Assembly (NCBI GenBank): GCA_041389145.1
Contig: JAWKSK010000002.1
Location: forward strand, 3,311 to 67,310
DNA length: 64,000 nt
Source: Patescibacteria group bacterium
GTDB taxonomy: Bacteria; Patescibacteriota; Kazan-3B-28
Reading direction: 5' to 3'
Shown: positions 40,996 through 49,503 of the stretch, in pieces
How the letters are laid out: every line of letters begins with the position of its first letter
How positions within the stretch are numbered: position 1 is the stretch's first letter
Program-made: the position numbers and the translations under genes
The notes under the pieces: model-generated
Seen by the model: the letters and a program-made list of their open reading frames with translations, nothing else
Database searches by the model: none
What the model was told of the DNA's origin: nothing

Positions 40996-42540
40996 ATGTT
41001 GTTACGAATTAAGAATTATAGAGCATTCAGTGGTGATGACGGCTTTGAATTAAATTTATCTGATGGATTCGTAATCTCTCTACTTGGCCCTAATAATGCT
41101 GGGAAGAGCTCGGTTCTCAGATTGCTTTACGATTTAAAGGATTTGTTTTCAAGATTAGTAAGGCTTCATGGATTCGGAATTGGAAATCCAAGGTTTGAGT
41201 TTAACTACGTCTACTCACACCCTACTGAAATTGTTCCTCGAACCAGTGCTGATGGTGATTTTGAAATTACATTAAAAGACAACATTTCGAATCGCATAGT
41301 GTCTATTGTTTTAGTCGTCTCTGGAACTTCTGTAGAAAGTATAAACCTGCTGGTTGATGGAGAGCGCTTTTCTAATTTGGGGTATCAAATTAATAACGAC
41401 GTCCTTGTTTCTACCCGGGGGGAAGAGAATATTTCTTTGATTTCATTCAGGAAGGTGTTCAATGCTTTGTCTGACACATTTTATGTACCAGCATTTCGCA
41501 ATGCAATTAATCTCGGTTCGAATGAAAACTATATGGGTCTCAAAACAGGGACTTCCTTTATAAGATTGGTTGACGAACAAATTAGTTCTGATAATGCTAC
41601 GACTAGAATTGAAGCAGAGAAAATTACATCTGATATAAGAAGAATTCTGGATATGCCAGACTTTAGAATTTGGACTTCTCAAAATGGTAAATTGATGGTT
41701 CAGACTTCTACGGGGACATCTAGGCTTGAGGATTTGGGATCAGGTGTATCCCAACTTGTCATTGTTTTGTTAAATCTGGCAGTAGCAAAGCCAAGTATTA
41801 TTTTGATTGATGAACCAGAATTGGGACTGCATCCAGCTTTGCAAATCGCTTTTATTAATACTTTATTATCCTATTCAAAATATGGGGTAGCGTTTGCAAC
41901 GCATAGTATTGGACTTGCGAGGGCGACATCTGATCATGTTTATTGGATAGAACAAACTCGTGAGGGTAAATCTACACTTTCAAGTTTTGAGACTGACGGG
42001 AGAGTGAGCTATGAAGAATTTTTGGGCGAGGTAGGATTTGAGAGTATTGCAAAGTTGGACTATGAGACCTTGCTTCTTGTAGAGGGCAAGAATGATATTA
42101 AAGTGTTTCACCAATTACTAAGAAACTATTCAAAGCTCGATAGGGTTTTGATTTTACCTCTTGGAGGCGGGAATTTGATTAGGGGCGGTGTTGAGCTTGA
42201 AATGTCTCATTTTGCCCGAATTGCTGCTAGCTCAAAGTTGGCATGGATTGATAGTGATCGAACTGTTCCTGATGAAGATTTAGATCAGCATATCGTTGAT
42301 TTTGTTGACTTGTGTGCAATACCTCCAATATCTATTGATGTTAGTGTTTCTGATCGAAGAGAACTGGAAAATTATTTTCCTCATGAGTATATTTTAAATG
42401 TTATTCCTGGTTATCAAGATATTGGTTCTTTTGGTGAAGCAACGAGGGATTTAAAAAGATTAGGGTGGCAGGTTGCCAAGCGTATTAATCCTAGTGACTT
42501 AGAAGGAACTGATTTAGGAGTTTTTTTGAATGGGTTATAA
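40996..42540 (+). CDS. OLD-family-like ATP-dependent nuclease: N-terminal ABC/AAA_15-21 ATPase + C-terminal TOPRIM-like (DUF4435-like) domain
   Basis: IKNYRAFSG...LLGPNNAGKSSVLRLL (Walker A); IILIDEPELGLHPALQ (Walker B/D-loop); C-terminal LLLVEGKNDIKVFHQLL, LPLGGGN and acidic cluster WIDSDRTVPDEDLD. ATG is 1 nt after the tig TGA. Confidence 0.65.
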   Translation: MLLRIKNYRAFSGDDGFELNLSDGFVISLLGPNNAGKSSVLRLLYDLKDLFSRLVRLHGFGIGNPRFEFNYVYSHPTEIVPRTSADGDFEITLKDNISNRIVSIVLVVSGTSVESINLLVDGERFSNLGYQINNDVLVSTRGEENISLISFRKVFNALSDTFYVPAFRNAINLGSNENYMGLKTGTSFIRLVDEQISSDNATTRIEAEKITSDIRRILDMPDFRIWTSQNGKLMVQTSTGTSRLEDLGSGVSQLVIVLLNLAVAKPSIILIDEPELGLHPALQIAFINTLLSYSKYGVAFATHSIGLARATSDHVYWIEQTREGKSTLSSFETDGRVSYEEFLGEVGFESIAKLDYETLLLVEGKNDIKVFHQLLRNYSKLDRVLILPLGGGNLIRGGVELEMSHFARIAASSKLAWIDSDRTVPDEDLDQHIVDFVDLCAIPPISIDVSVSDRRELENYFPHEYILNVIPGYQDIGSFGEATRDLKRLGWQVAKRINPSDLEGTDLGVFLNGL

Positions 42541-42583
42541 TACTATTGAATGATATAGCATCAGCAAATAATCAAAACCAGCT

Positions 42584-43156
42584 ATGAGTCTTGTTCCAAT
42601 GGTTATCGATAAGTCCCCGGCAGGTGAGCGGGCTTTCGACATTTATTCCAGATTGCTTAAGGACAGAATTGTATTCTTAAGTGGTCCGGTAGAGAGCGAT
42701 AGTGCTAATACAGTTATTGCTCAGCTTTTGTTTTTAGCAGCAGAAGATCCTAAGAAGGATATCTTCTTATACATCAATAGTCCTGGAGGGTCAGTTACAG
42801 ATGGAATGGCTATCTATGACACGATGCAACACATCAAACCAGATGTGGTGACTATTTGTGTAGGAATGGCAGCTTCTATGGGAGCAGTTCTATTAGCTGG
42901 TGGAGCCAAGGGTAAGCGTCATGCATTACCTAACTCACGAGTAATGATTCACCAGGTATTGGGTGGAGCACAAGGACAGGCAAGTGATATTGAAATTCAT
43001 GCCAAGGAAATCTTGAGATGGAAATCTAAATTAAATGAAGTATTGGCAAAGCATACCAAGCAGAAGTTAGAGAAGATTGAACGAGATACTGATCGTGATA
43101 ACTTCATGGATGCTAGTGAAGCCAAGGCATATGGATTAATTGATGAGGTATTTTAA
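42584..43156 (+). CDS. clpP: ATP-dependent Clp protease proteolytic subunit ClpP
   Basis: GMAASMGA active-site Ser context, catalytic His in MIHQVLGG, 190 aa. Confidence 0.95.
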   Translation: MSLVPMVIDKSPAGERAFDIYSRLLKDRIVFLSGPVESDSANTVIAQLLFLAAEDPKKDIFLYINSPGGSVTDGMAIYDTMQHIKPDVVTICVGMAASMGAVLLAGGAKGKRHALPNSRVMIHQVLGGAQGQASDIEIHAKEILRWKSKLNEVLAKHTKQKLEKIERDTDRDNFMDASEAKAYGLIDEVF

Positions 43157-43159
43157 ACA

Positions 43160-43612
43160 ATGTTGAACGAACAAGAATTACAGAATGCTATTGAAGAAGC
43201 ATTAAGACAGTCTGGAGATGTAGATTTGTCTGCAACTACTGGGATAACTGATACTTATAGTTGGTTGGGTGGTTACGGAAGCGGATTAGCTACAACTTGG
43301 AGTTGGATTTTAACTTTAGTAATCGTTGCAGCTCAATGGGCAATTTTCGAAAAAGCAAAGCAACCTGGATGGGCTGCAATTATTCCTATTTATGGAACTC
43401 TCATTTTCCTAAAGATTGCCAATCGTCCATGGTGGTGGATTTTCTTGTTCCTGATTCCAATCGTAGGATTGGTATATGGAATTATGGCATCTCATCAGAT
43501 ATCTAAGGCATTCGGTAAAGGAACAGGATTTACAGTTGGTTTGGTATTGTTGCCATTTGTGTTCTATCCAATCTTGGCCTTTAGTTCAGACAAATATCAG
43601 AAGCCAGCCTAG
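43160..43612 (+). CDS. Hypothetical membrane protein
   Basis: 150 aa; soluble N-terminus then 3 TM helices with Trp-rich stretch NRPWWWIF; occupies the position usually held by clpX. Confidence 0.4.
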   Translation: MLNEQELQNAIEEALRQSGDVDLSATTGITDTYSWLGGYGSGLATTWSWILTLVIVAAQWAIFEKAKQPGWAAIIPIYGTLIFLKIANRPWWWIFLFLIPIVGLVYGIMASHQISKAFGKGTGFTVGLVLLPFVFYPILAFSSDKYQKPA

Positions 43613-43652
43613 TTTTAACGGCTCATAATAATGAGCCATTGAAGAATCAAAG

Positions 43653-44507
43653 ATGAGCATATTTAAGGAACTGGTTGGACAAGAAGCAGTAAAGCGGACG
43701 CTGGAGCGTCACATTCAGAGGGGGAATTTGCCTCAGGCTTTAATCTTTGCTGGTCCAGCTGGGGTAGGTAGAACAACAGCTGCTAAGATTTTGGCAAAGA
43801 CATTGCATGGAAATCAGTCGGATACTCATCCGGATACCTTTTGGTTTGCGGAAAGAGTATTGGATAAGCGGGACCGGAAAATTGCCTCACCGATAAAAGA
43901 AACAGCGGATGAGATGGTGAAGTTTTTGTCATTAACTCCAATGGTGTCTAAACACAAGATTGCAATTGTAGACATGGGTGACGATTTAAGTACTGAAGCC
44001 CAAAATACTTTACTTAAAACCTTAGAAGAACCAAGAGCTAATAGTTTGATGATACTAGTGGTTAGTGATGAACACAGATTATTGCCTACAATTGTTTCAA
44101 GAGCTCAGGTAATGAGGTTCGTACCACTTAATAATAGTGAGATTAAAACCATAGTTCCGGCTGCTAGTGATGAGATGGTGAGGTATGCAGGAGGAAGTAT
44201 CAGACGGATTATGCAATTGACTCAAGGCCAGGAAGAGTTTGAAAAAGCTCGGAATGTGTATGAGTTCTGGATGAACTTGGATGAACAGAGTACAGAAAAC
44301 AGATTGAGGATTGCAGAAGAGCTGAAAGATAGGGAAGAGGCCATTGCATTCTTAGAAGCAGGGATACGAGTGTGTAGAACTCAACTGTTAGAAGAGGATG
44401 GAATTGAGATGACAGAAAAGATAGAACAGTTGGAATTGGCGATCGAAAAGATTAATGCCAATGCCAATTTGAGATTGGCTCTGGATGCAGTTTTGCTTGT
44501 GATATAA
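43653..44507 (+). CDS. holB: DNA polymerase III delta-prime subunit (HolB)-like clamp-loader subunit
   Basis: LIFAGPAGVGRTTAAKILAKTLH P-loop-like box, SRC-type region VSRAQVMRF, about 285 aa. Confidence 0.75.
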   Translation: MSIFKELVGQEAVKRTLERHIQRGNLPQALIFAGPAGVGRTTAAKILAKTLHGNQSDTHPDTFWFAERVLDKRDRKIASPIKETADEMVKFLSLTPMVSKHKIAIVDMGDDLSTEAQNTLLKTLEEPRANSLMILVVSDEHRLLPTIVSRAQVMRFVPLNNSEIKTIVPAASDEMVRYAGGSIRRIMQLTQGQEEFEKARNVYEFWMNLDEQSTENRLRIAEELKDREEAIAFLEAGIRVCRTQLLEEDGIEMTEKIEQLELAIEKINANANLRLALDAVLLVI

Positions 44508-44536
44508 GGGTAAATTTGCTAGAGTAGCCGTATCAT

Positions 44537-45118
44537 TTGAAGAGTAGTGCTATGTGGGAAATTATTATTTTTCTAGCCACAATTTTGTTGGCCATCATGA
44601 TTGTTAGAAAGCTACCAGTAGATGTGGTAGCCGATGATAATGGTGAAGAGTTGGATTCGGATGAGAAGAGTCCAATGGAACAGGCTGACGATTATATCGA
44701 AGCAGGTCATTACCGTAGGGCTGAGAATTTGTTGTTGAAGGTAATCTCTCAGGATCCAGACGATGCAGCTGCATACAACAAGTTGGGAATGGTGTATTTA
44801 CGGGAAAAGAACTACAAGGATGCTAGAGCTTCCTTGAATCAGGCTTTGAAGTTAGAGCCAGAAAATGACACCTTCCATAACAACTTGGGTTTGGTTTATT
44901 ACCAAAAAGGTGAATACGATGATGCAATTGAGGCATATGAAAGATCTGTTGAGATTGATAACAAGATTCCATCTCGTTTGGTAAACTTAGGTCTGGCTTA
45001 CTTCATGGTTAAGAAATACAGAAGAGCAGCTGACCAATTTGAAAAAGCTTTAATCTTAGACCCAAGAAATGAAAGTTATAAGGATCTGTTAAAGCAAGCA
45101 GAAGAGAAAATGGATTAA
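44537..45118 (+). CDS. TPR-repeat protein, membrane-anchored
   Basis: N-terminal TM; four TPR-like repeats (AAYNKLGMVY..., ARASLNQALKLEP..., FHNNLGLVYYQKGEYDDAIEAYERS...). Confidence 0.7.
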   Translation: MKSSAMWEIIIFLATILLAIMIVRKLPVDVVADDNGEELDSDEKSPMEQADDYIEAGHYRRAENLLLKVISQDPDDAAAYNKLGMVYLREKNYKDARASLNQALKLEPENDTFHNNLGLVYYQKGEYDDAIEAYERSVEIDNKIPSRLVNLGLAYFMVKKYRRAADQFEKALILDPRNESYKDLLKQAEEKMD

Positions 45119-45199
45119 TTCCTAATTCTGCTATTGAAAAACTAATTGTTATCTTATAGATTGGTTTAGTCTGTTAAGGACTACATCTTTCTAAAAGAT

Positions 45200-45274
45200 G
45201 CCCAAGTAGCTCAGGGGTAGAGCACTCCCATGGTAAGGGAGGGGTCACGAGTTCAAATCTCGTCTTGGGCTCCA
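45200..45274 (+). tRNA. tRNA-Thr(GGT)
   Basis: GCCCAAGTAGCTCAGGGGTAGAGCACTCCCATGGTAAGGGAGGGGTCACGAGTTCAAATCTCGTCTTGGGCTCCA. Confidence 0.9.
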
Positions 45275-45279
45275 TGTAA

Positions 45280-45364
45280 GCCGAGGTACCGAAGCGGTCA
45301 AACGGGACTGACTGTAAATCAGTTGGCTATGCCTTCCTAGGTTCGAATCCTAGCCTCGGCACCA
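45280..45364 (+). tRNA. tRNA-Tyr(GTA), long variable arm
   Basis: GCCGAGGTACCGAAGCGGTCAAACGGGACTGACTGTAAATCAGTTGGCTATGCCTTCCTAGGTTCGAATCCTAGCCTCGGCACCA. Confidence 0.9.
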
Positions 45365-45366
45365 TT

Positions 45367-45441
45367 GCCGGCTTAGCTCAGTGGTAGAGCAATCGCTTTG
45401 TAAGCGAAAGGTCATCGGTTCAAGTCCGATAGCCGGCTCCA
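45367..45441 (+). tRNA. tRNA-Thr(TGT)
   Basis: GCCGGCTTAGCTCAGTGGTAGAGCAATCGCTTTGTAAGCGAAAGGTCATCGGTTCAAGTCCGATAGCCGGCTCCA. Confidence 0.9.
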
Positions 45442-45460
45442 CTAAATTTAAATAGAAAGA

Positions 45461-45491
45461 AAGCGCGCTTCCCGTAGGTTGCGCGCTTTTT
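45461..45491 (+). terminator. Rho-independent terminator after the tRNA cluster
   Basis: aaagcgcgc ttcccgtaggtt gcgcgctttttcc. Confidence 0.7.
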
Positions 45492-45511
45492 CCAAATTGA
45501 GGGGCAGCTGG

Positions 45512-45919
45512 TTAGGCTGCTTTCTTCTCATGAACGAGGATGTCGTCGGGATGGATATGGAGAGGGTATCGGCCATTCCTTAAACCCTCCTTCTCGGTTC
45601 TCGACTTATCATCCTGAGGGGTGGCCGGCATGCCGACCTTTCTCATGACCAGTTCGTGGACGTTCTTGTCGAGCTGCGTACGAGTGAGCTCGGCAATGTC
45701 ATACCGGATTTGCGAGAAATCATCCCAACGGTTGCTGTTCTCGGCAATCACTTGGCGAATAGATTGAGCGACCGCATTCTGGATGCCGGTATTCTTGAGA
45801 ACATGATAGGTGACGCAGACAACAGCTGTATCACCATTCGAGATCGCTACTTCAAGCTCTATGCTGAACGCAGAGAACTCATCAAGGATAGGGTCAGCTA
45901 TCCGAAAACTGCTACTCAT
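45512..45919 (-). CDS. Hypothetical protein, visibly GC-rich relative to neighbours
   Basis: 135-aa ORF with no motif; about 50% or more G+C by eye against an about 40% background. Confidence 0.4.
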   Translation of the reverse strand: MSSSFRIADPILDEFSAFSIELEVAISNGDTAVVCVTYHVLKNTGIQNAVAQSIRQVIAENSNRWDDFSQIRYDIAELTRTQLDKNVHELVMRKVGMPATPQDDKSRTEKEGLRNGRYPLHIHPDDILVHEKKAA

Positions 45920-46041
45920 TTTCCCTCCGACGGAATGTGCAAATTTGATTTACCTGTTTATAGGTTCGTTTATAATATGTAATTAACAGCTTTAGGTCAA
46001 GGATTTTATGGTTTGGGGCTGGATTATTTCAGAATTAGCTG

Positions 46042-46070
46042 TTGACATCTATAGGAGATGGGGGCATAAT
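46042..46070 (+). promoter_or_regulatory. Sigma-70-like promoter upstream of rplK
   Basis: TTGACA-17 nt-CATAAT, 34 nt upstream of the rplK GTG start. Confidence 0.5.
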
Positions 46071-46103
46071 TTCCTAAGTAAAAAAGAATAAGCAAATAAT
46101 CTC

Positions 46104-46529
46104 GTGGCAAAGAAAGTTAAATCAGTTATTAAATTGCAGTGCGAGGCTGGTAAAGCAACTCCAGCTCCACCTGTTGGAACCGTTTTGGGTCCTACTGGTA
46201 TTGCAATGCAAGATTTCTGTCAGCAGTTTAATGACAGAACCAAAGATCAGATGGGATCTATTATCCCAGCTGTAATTACTATCTACGAAGACAGATCTTT
46301 TGATTTCATCACTAAGCAACCTCCAGCAGCTGAGCTAATCAAGCACGCCTTGAAGTTAAGCAAGGGTTCTGGTGTTCCTAACAAGGAAAAGGTGGCTAAG
46401 ATGACTCAGGCACAGCTTCAAGAAGTGGCTGAAAGAAAGATGCCTGACTTAAACGCAATTGATATTGAGGCAGCAAAGAAGATTATCGCCGGTACTGCCA
46501 GAAATATGGGTGTGGAAATAGTAGATTAA
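46104..46529 (+). CDS. rplK: 50S ribosomal protein L11
   Basis: [12 protein letters not shown]...[14 protein letters not shown]...; 141 aa; GTG start. Confidence 0.95.
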   Translation: MAKKVKSVIKLQCEAGKATPAPPVGTVLGPTGIAMQDFCQQFNDRTKDQMGSIIPAVITIYEDRSFDFITKQPPAAELIKHALKLSKGSGVPNKEKVAKMTQAQLQEVAERKMPDLNAIDIEAAKKIIAGTARNMGVEIVD

Positions 46530-46547
46530 TAATGAAAGGGGGACATC

Positions 46548-46877
46548 ATGGCTCAAAACCACGGTATCGTTAGAACAATTTATCTGTATCTGTTCGCGTT
46601 AGTTGGTTTGTTCCTGTTCGTGTTTAGTACTGTGAGTTTGGTGAGTACAACCTTAAATCGGTATGTGTTCCCAACAGAGTACGTTAGATATGACATTTCT
46701 AAACCAGTAGATGGTGAAGAAAATGTGATATCTGAAGAAGAACAAGAAGCAAACTTTATCAAGCAACAGGATAATGACTTCAAGCGAGGAGTTAACGGTT
46801 CTGTACCAGGTGTCATTATTGGTTACTTGTTGTGGATGTTCCACTGGAAGGTAATCACCAAAGATCACAAAAGTTAG
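46548..46877 (+). CDS. Hypothetical two-TM membrane protein inserted between rplK and rplA
   Basis: 109 aa; two hydrophobic helices flank an acidic loop; RBS-like aaagggggacatcATG. Confidence 0.4.
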   Translation: MAQNHGIVRTIYLYLFALVGLFLFVFSTVSLVSTTLNRYVFPTEYVRYDISKPVDGEENVISEEEQEANFIKQQDNDFKRGVNGSVPGVIIGYLLWMFHWKVITKDHKS

Positions 46878-46944
46878 ACAATATATTATTCGAGGTGGGA
46901 GCTTAGCAGTCGGCTAAGTGCTTGACCACGCAGGAGATAAAGAA

Positions 46945-47691
46945 ATGGCAGAAGCCAAGAAAGCAAAGAAGACCGAATCTAAGAAGGATAAAGTCCAGAA
47001 GTTTGGTCATGGTAAGAAGTACAACGAGCTTGTACAAAAAGTAGATAAGGAGAAGTTGTATGACTTGTCCGAAGCTTTGGATTTAGTGAAGGAAACTTCA
47101 CCAACCAAGTTTGATGCAACTGTTGAGTTGCACATGCAAATGGGATTGGATCCAAAGACTCCAGAACAAAACATTAGAGGTACAGTCACTCTTCCAGCAG
47201 GAAGTGGTAAGGTGCCAAAGATTTTGGTACTGGCTGAAGAAGCTGACGCTGAAAAAGCAAAGAAGGCAGGTGCTGACTTTGCAGGGTTAGACGACATGAT
47301 TGAGAAGATTGGTACTGGTTGGTTAGATTTTGATTTAGTAATTGCTACACCTGCAGCTATGCCTAAGGTGGGTAAGATGGGTCAAACTCTTGGTACCAAG
47401 GGATTGATGCCTAACCCAAAGTCAGGAACTGTATCTGCAGACCCAGCTAAGGCGGTAGAGGAGTTTAAGAAGGGTAAGGTAGAATACCGCTTAGATAAGG
47501 ATGCAATTGTGCACATGGGTATTGGTAAGGTTTCTTTCTCAGCAGATGACTTGAAGAAGAACTTTATGGCCGTGTTTGCTGCAATTAGATCTGCTAAGCC
47601 ATCTAGTGCTAAGGGAACCTACATGAAGAGATTGAGCTTATCCTCTTCTATGGGTCCTGGTATTAAGGTAGATATCAACACAGTCGTCTAA
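46945..47691 (+). CDS. rplA: 50S ribosomal protein L1
   Basis: Start at the ATG after a CAGGAG RBS (8-nt spacing); the ORF-track GTG extension was rejected. L1 fold signature (GTVTLPAGSGK...GKMGQTLGTKGLMPNPKSGTV). Confidence 0.95.
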   Translation: MAEAKKAKKTESKKDKVQKFGHGKKYNELVQKVDKEKLYDLSEALDLVKETSPTKFDATVELHMQMGLDPKTPEQNIRGTVTLPAGSGKVPKILVLAEEADAEKAKKAGADFAGLDDMIEKIGTGWLDFDLVIATPAAMPKVGKMGQTLGTKGLMPNPKSGTVSADPAKAVEEFKKGKVEYRLDKDAIVHMGIGKVSFSADDLKKNFMAVFAAIRSAKPSSAKGTYMKRLSLSSSMGPGIKVDINTVV

Positions 47692-47709
47692 GATTGGTTC
47701 AAAGTTTTA

Positions 47710-47745
47710 AAAAGGAGCTGGCTAGTTGCCAGCTCCTTTGTTATG
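47710..47745. terminator. Bidirectional terminator after rplA and after the minus-strand ORF 47756-48181
   Basis: aaaa ggagctggc tagtt gccagctcc tttgttatg. Confidence 0.6.
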
Positions 47746-47755
47746 AACAGTGAAC

Positions 47756-48181
47756 TCAGGTGCAAACCGTTTTACGTTCTGCCTTGAAGGTAAGGTCGAT
47801 TACCAGTTCACGGTTCATTTGCTCAACCCACTCAGTTCGTTGCCGTTGTCTTTGAATGACTAGATCTGGGCTGTACGGTAGCTCGCTAGTTTCAAGGACT
47901 TCAGCAGGGAGTGAACCGTTAATAAACCGTTCAGCGATAACCCTCTTGCAACACTCCCAGACCAGAACCTGTCCATCTGTGAGTTTAATTGCATGAAGGT
48001 AGTAGTGATCAGGATGGTGGTCACATTCACCAATATTTGCCCCGCCACCATCAAAGATGTAAGGGTAGTGATCTGTCCCACATGAACATCTGATCCTTTG
48101 TCCGACTATCATAACAAAGGCAATCTTCTCAAAGAAAATTTGAGCAAGAGGGTCGGTCTTGGTCATATCTAGGTGCATCAT
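47756..48181 (-). CDS. Hypothetical Cys/His-rich protein (possible zinc binder), GC-rich
   Basis: 141 aa with clustered C/H (RCSCGTDH...ECDHHPDHYYLH...WECCKR). Weak resemblance to deaminase-type zinc sites but no HAE/PCxxC. Confidence 0.35.
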   Translation of the reverse strand: MMHLDMTKTDPLAQIFFEKIAFVMIVGQRIRCSCGTDHYPYIFDGGGANIGECDHHPDHYYLHAIKLTDGQVLVWECCKRVIAERFINGSLPAEVLETSELPYSPDLVIQRQRQRTEWVEQMNRELVIDLTFKAERKTVCT

Positions 48182-48253
48182 TTCCTCCTGTACTGGATTG
48201 GGGTTAGTATCAAATATATTGATATCTATGTCAATTTGTTACAATTGACTGTC

Positions 48254-48685
48254 ATGAAGGTAAAAGTATCCAGAATAGATGTAAATCTGCCGATGCCGAT
48301 GTATCAGACCAAGGGGTCTGCCGGGTTTGATATATATGCTCGTGAAGAGGTAACCATCATGCCTGGAGAGCTGGTTAGAATTCCAACCAATCTGATAGTG
48401 GATACTCCAGTGGGATATTTCTTGATGCTGTCTTTAAGATCTTCTACCCCTAAAAAGAAACCAGGATTAGTGGTGCCACATGGAGTTGGAGTAGTGGATT
48501 CGGATTACAATGGACCAGATGATGAGGTATTGATGCAGGTGTTAAATACTGGAGATATTGCAGTAACGATAGAAAAGGGTGAACGGTTTGCTCAGGGGGC
48601 ATTTGTGAAAATAGATATGGCAACATTTATAGATACACCAAGACCAGTAGGGATGAGTCGAGGTGGATTTGGAAGTACAGGATAA
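48254..48685 (+). CDS. dut: dUTP diphosphatase (trimeric dUTPase)
   Basis: Start trimmed to MKVKVS. dUTPase motifs GSAGFDI, RSS, GVVDSDYNG. Putative TTGATA-15 nt-TACAAT promoter immediately upstream suggests a leaderless or short-leader mRNA. Confidence 0.85.
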   Translation: MKVKVSRIDVNLPMPMYQTKGSAGFDIYAREEVTIMPGELVRIPTNLIVDTPVGYFLMLSLRSSTPKKKPGLVVPHGVGVVDSDYNGPDDEVLMQVLNTGDIAVTIEKGERFAQGAFVKIDMATFIDTPRPVGMSRGGFGSTG

Positions 48686-48710
48686 TCTGGGGGAGAAAGG
48701 GAAGCCAAAA

Positions 48711-49388
48711 GTGAAGATTGATTTAAATGAAGAGCAGTTACAAAGATTTATTGTATTTGAAGGGGTAGATGGGAGTGGCCAGGATACTCAAGCACAGATA
48801 TTTGCAGATCATTTAAAAAAGCAGGGGTATAAAGTGTGGTTAACATCAGAACCTAGTAAGGACTTGGCATCTTTGGGTGTAACGGTTAGATATATTCTCA
48901 CCAACCAACCAGATTTTCCAGCTCATAGCTTACAGTTGCTGATGGTTGCAGATAGAGCAATGCATGTGGAGCAGATTAAGAAGTACCTGTCAGATGGATA
49001 TGTAGTGATTTGTGTTAGGTATATGTATTCCACATTGGCTTTTGGATTTGCTGATGGAATCGATATTAATTGGCTAGTGGAACTGAATAGATATTTTCCA
49101 CGTCCAGCAGCTGTTGCATATTTAGATTTAGCAGCCGAAAGTTCAATGCAGAGAGTAGAGAAGAGATCGCGAGAAAAAGGCCAGCCATTGGATCGGTTTG
49201 AAACAGTAGCTAACCTGGAAAAGGTGAGAAATGCATATTTAGACTTACAAAAGCTATGTCCTGAGATAAGGGTGGTGGATGCCTTTGGAACAATTGAAGA
49301 AGTAGCAACTAGAGTGCGTGAAACTATTGGTGAGACTATTGGACTCGAGAGTAAAGAACAGAAACCGTTGGATTTGCAGATGAGTTAG
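48711..49388 (+). CDS. Thymidylate-kinase-like protein with non-canonical P-loop
   Basis: FIVFEGVDGSGQDTQ aligns to the Tmk motif IV(F/I)EG(I/L)DG(A/S)GK(S/T)T but with Lys to Gln and Ser/Thr to Asp. The DR(Y/H)-like LLMVADRAMH and lid region are present. GTG start after a GGAGAAAGGG RBS; the ORF-track start at 48663 overlaps dut. Confidence 0.6.
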   Translation: MKIDLNEEQLQRFIVFEGVDGSGQDTQAQIFADHLKKQGYKVWLTSEPSKDLASLGVTVRYILTNQPDFPAHSLQLLMVADRAMHVEQIKKYLSDGYVVICVRYMYSTLAFGFADGIDINWLVELNRYFPRPAAVAYLDLAAESSMQRVEKRSREKGQPLDRFETVANLEKVRNAYLDLQKLCPEIRVVDAFGTIEEVATRVRETIGETIGLESKEQKPLDLQMS

Positions 49389-49503
49389 TTGGTTTTTCTG
49401 TGGAGCTGTGGTTAACTGTTTGGGTTAAGGAAATTATTATTGGGGGTGTACCTTGGCTAACAAGGGAAGTCCACAGCGTCCATTCTGTGCCAAGCTTGAT
49501 GCA

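Noticed and set aside
47756-48181. Calling the Cys/His-rich ORF a dCMP deaminase (which would complete the dCMP -> dUMP -> dTMP logic)
   Set aside because: Zinc-ligand-like residues are present, but the diagnostic H(A/C)E...PCxxC pattern is not (HAIK rather than HAE; ECCK rather than PCxxC). Too weak to annotate.
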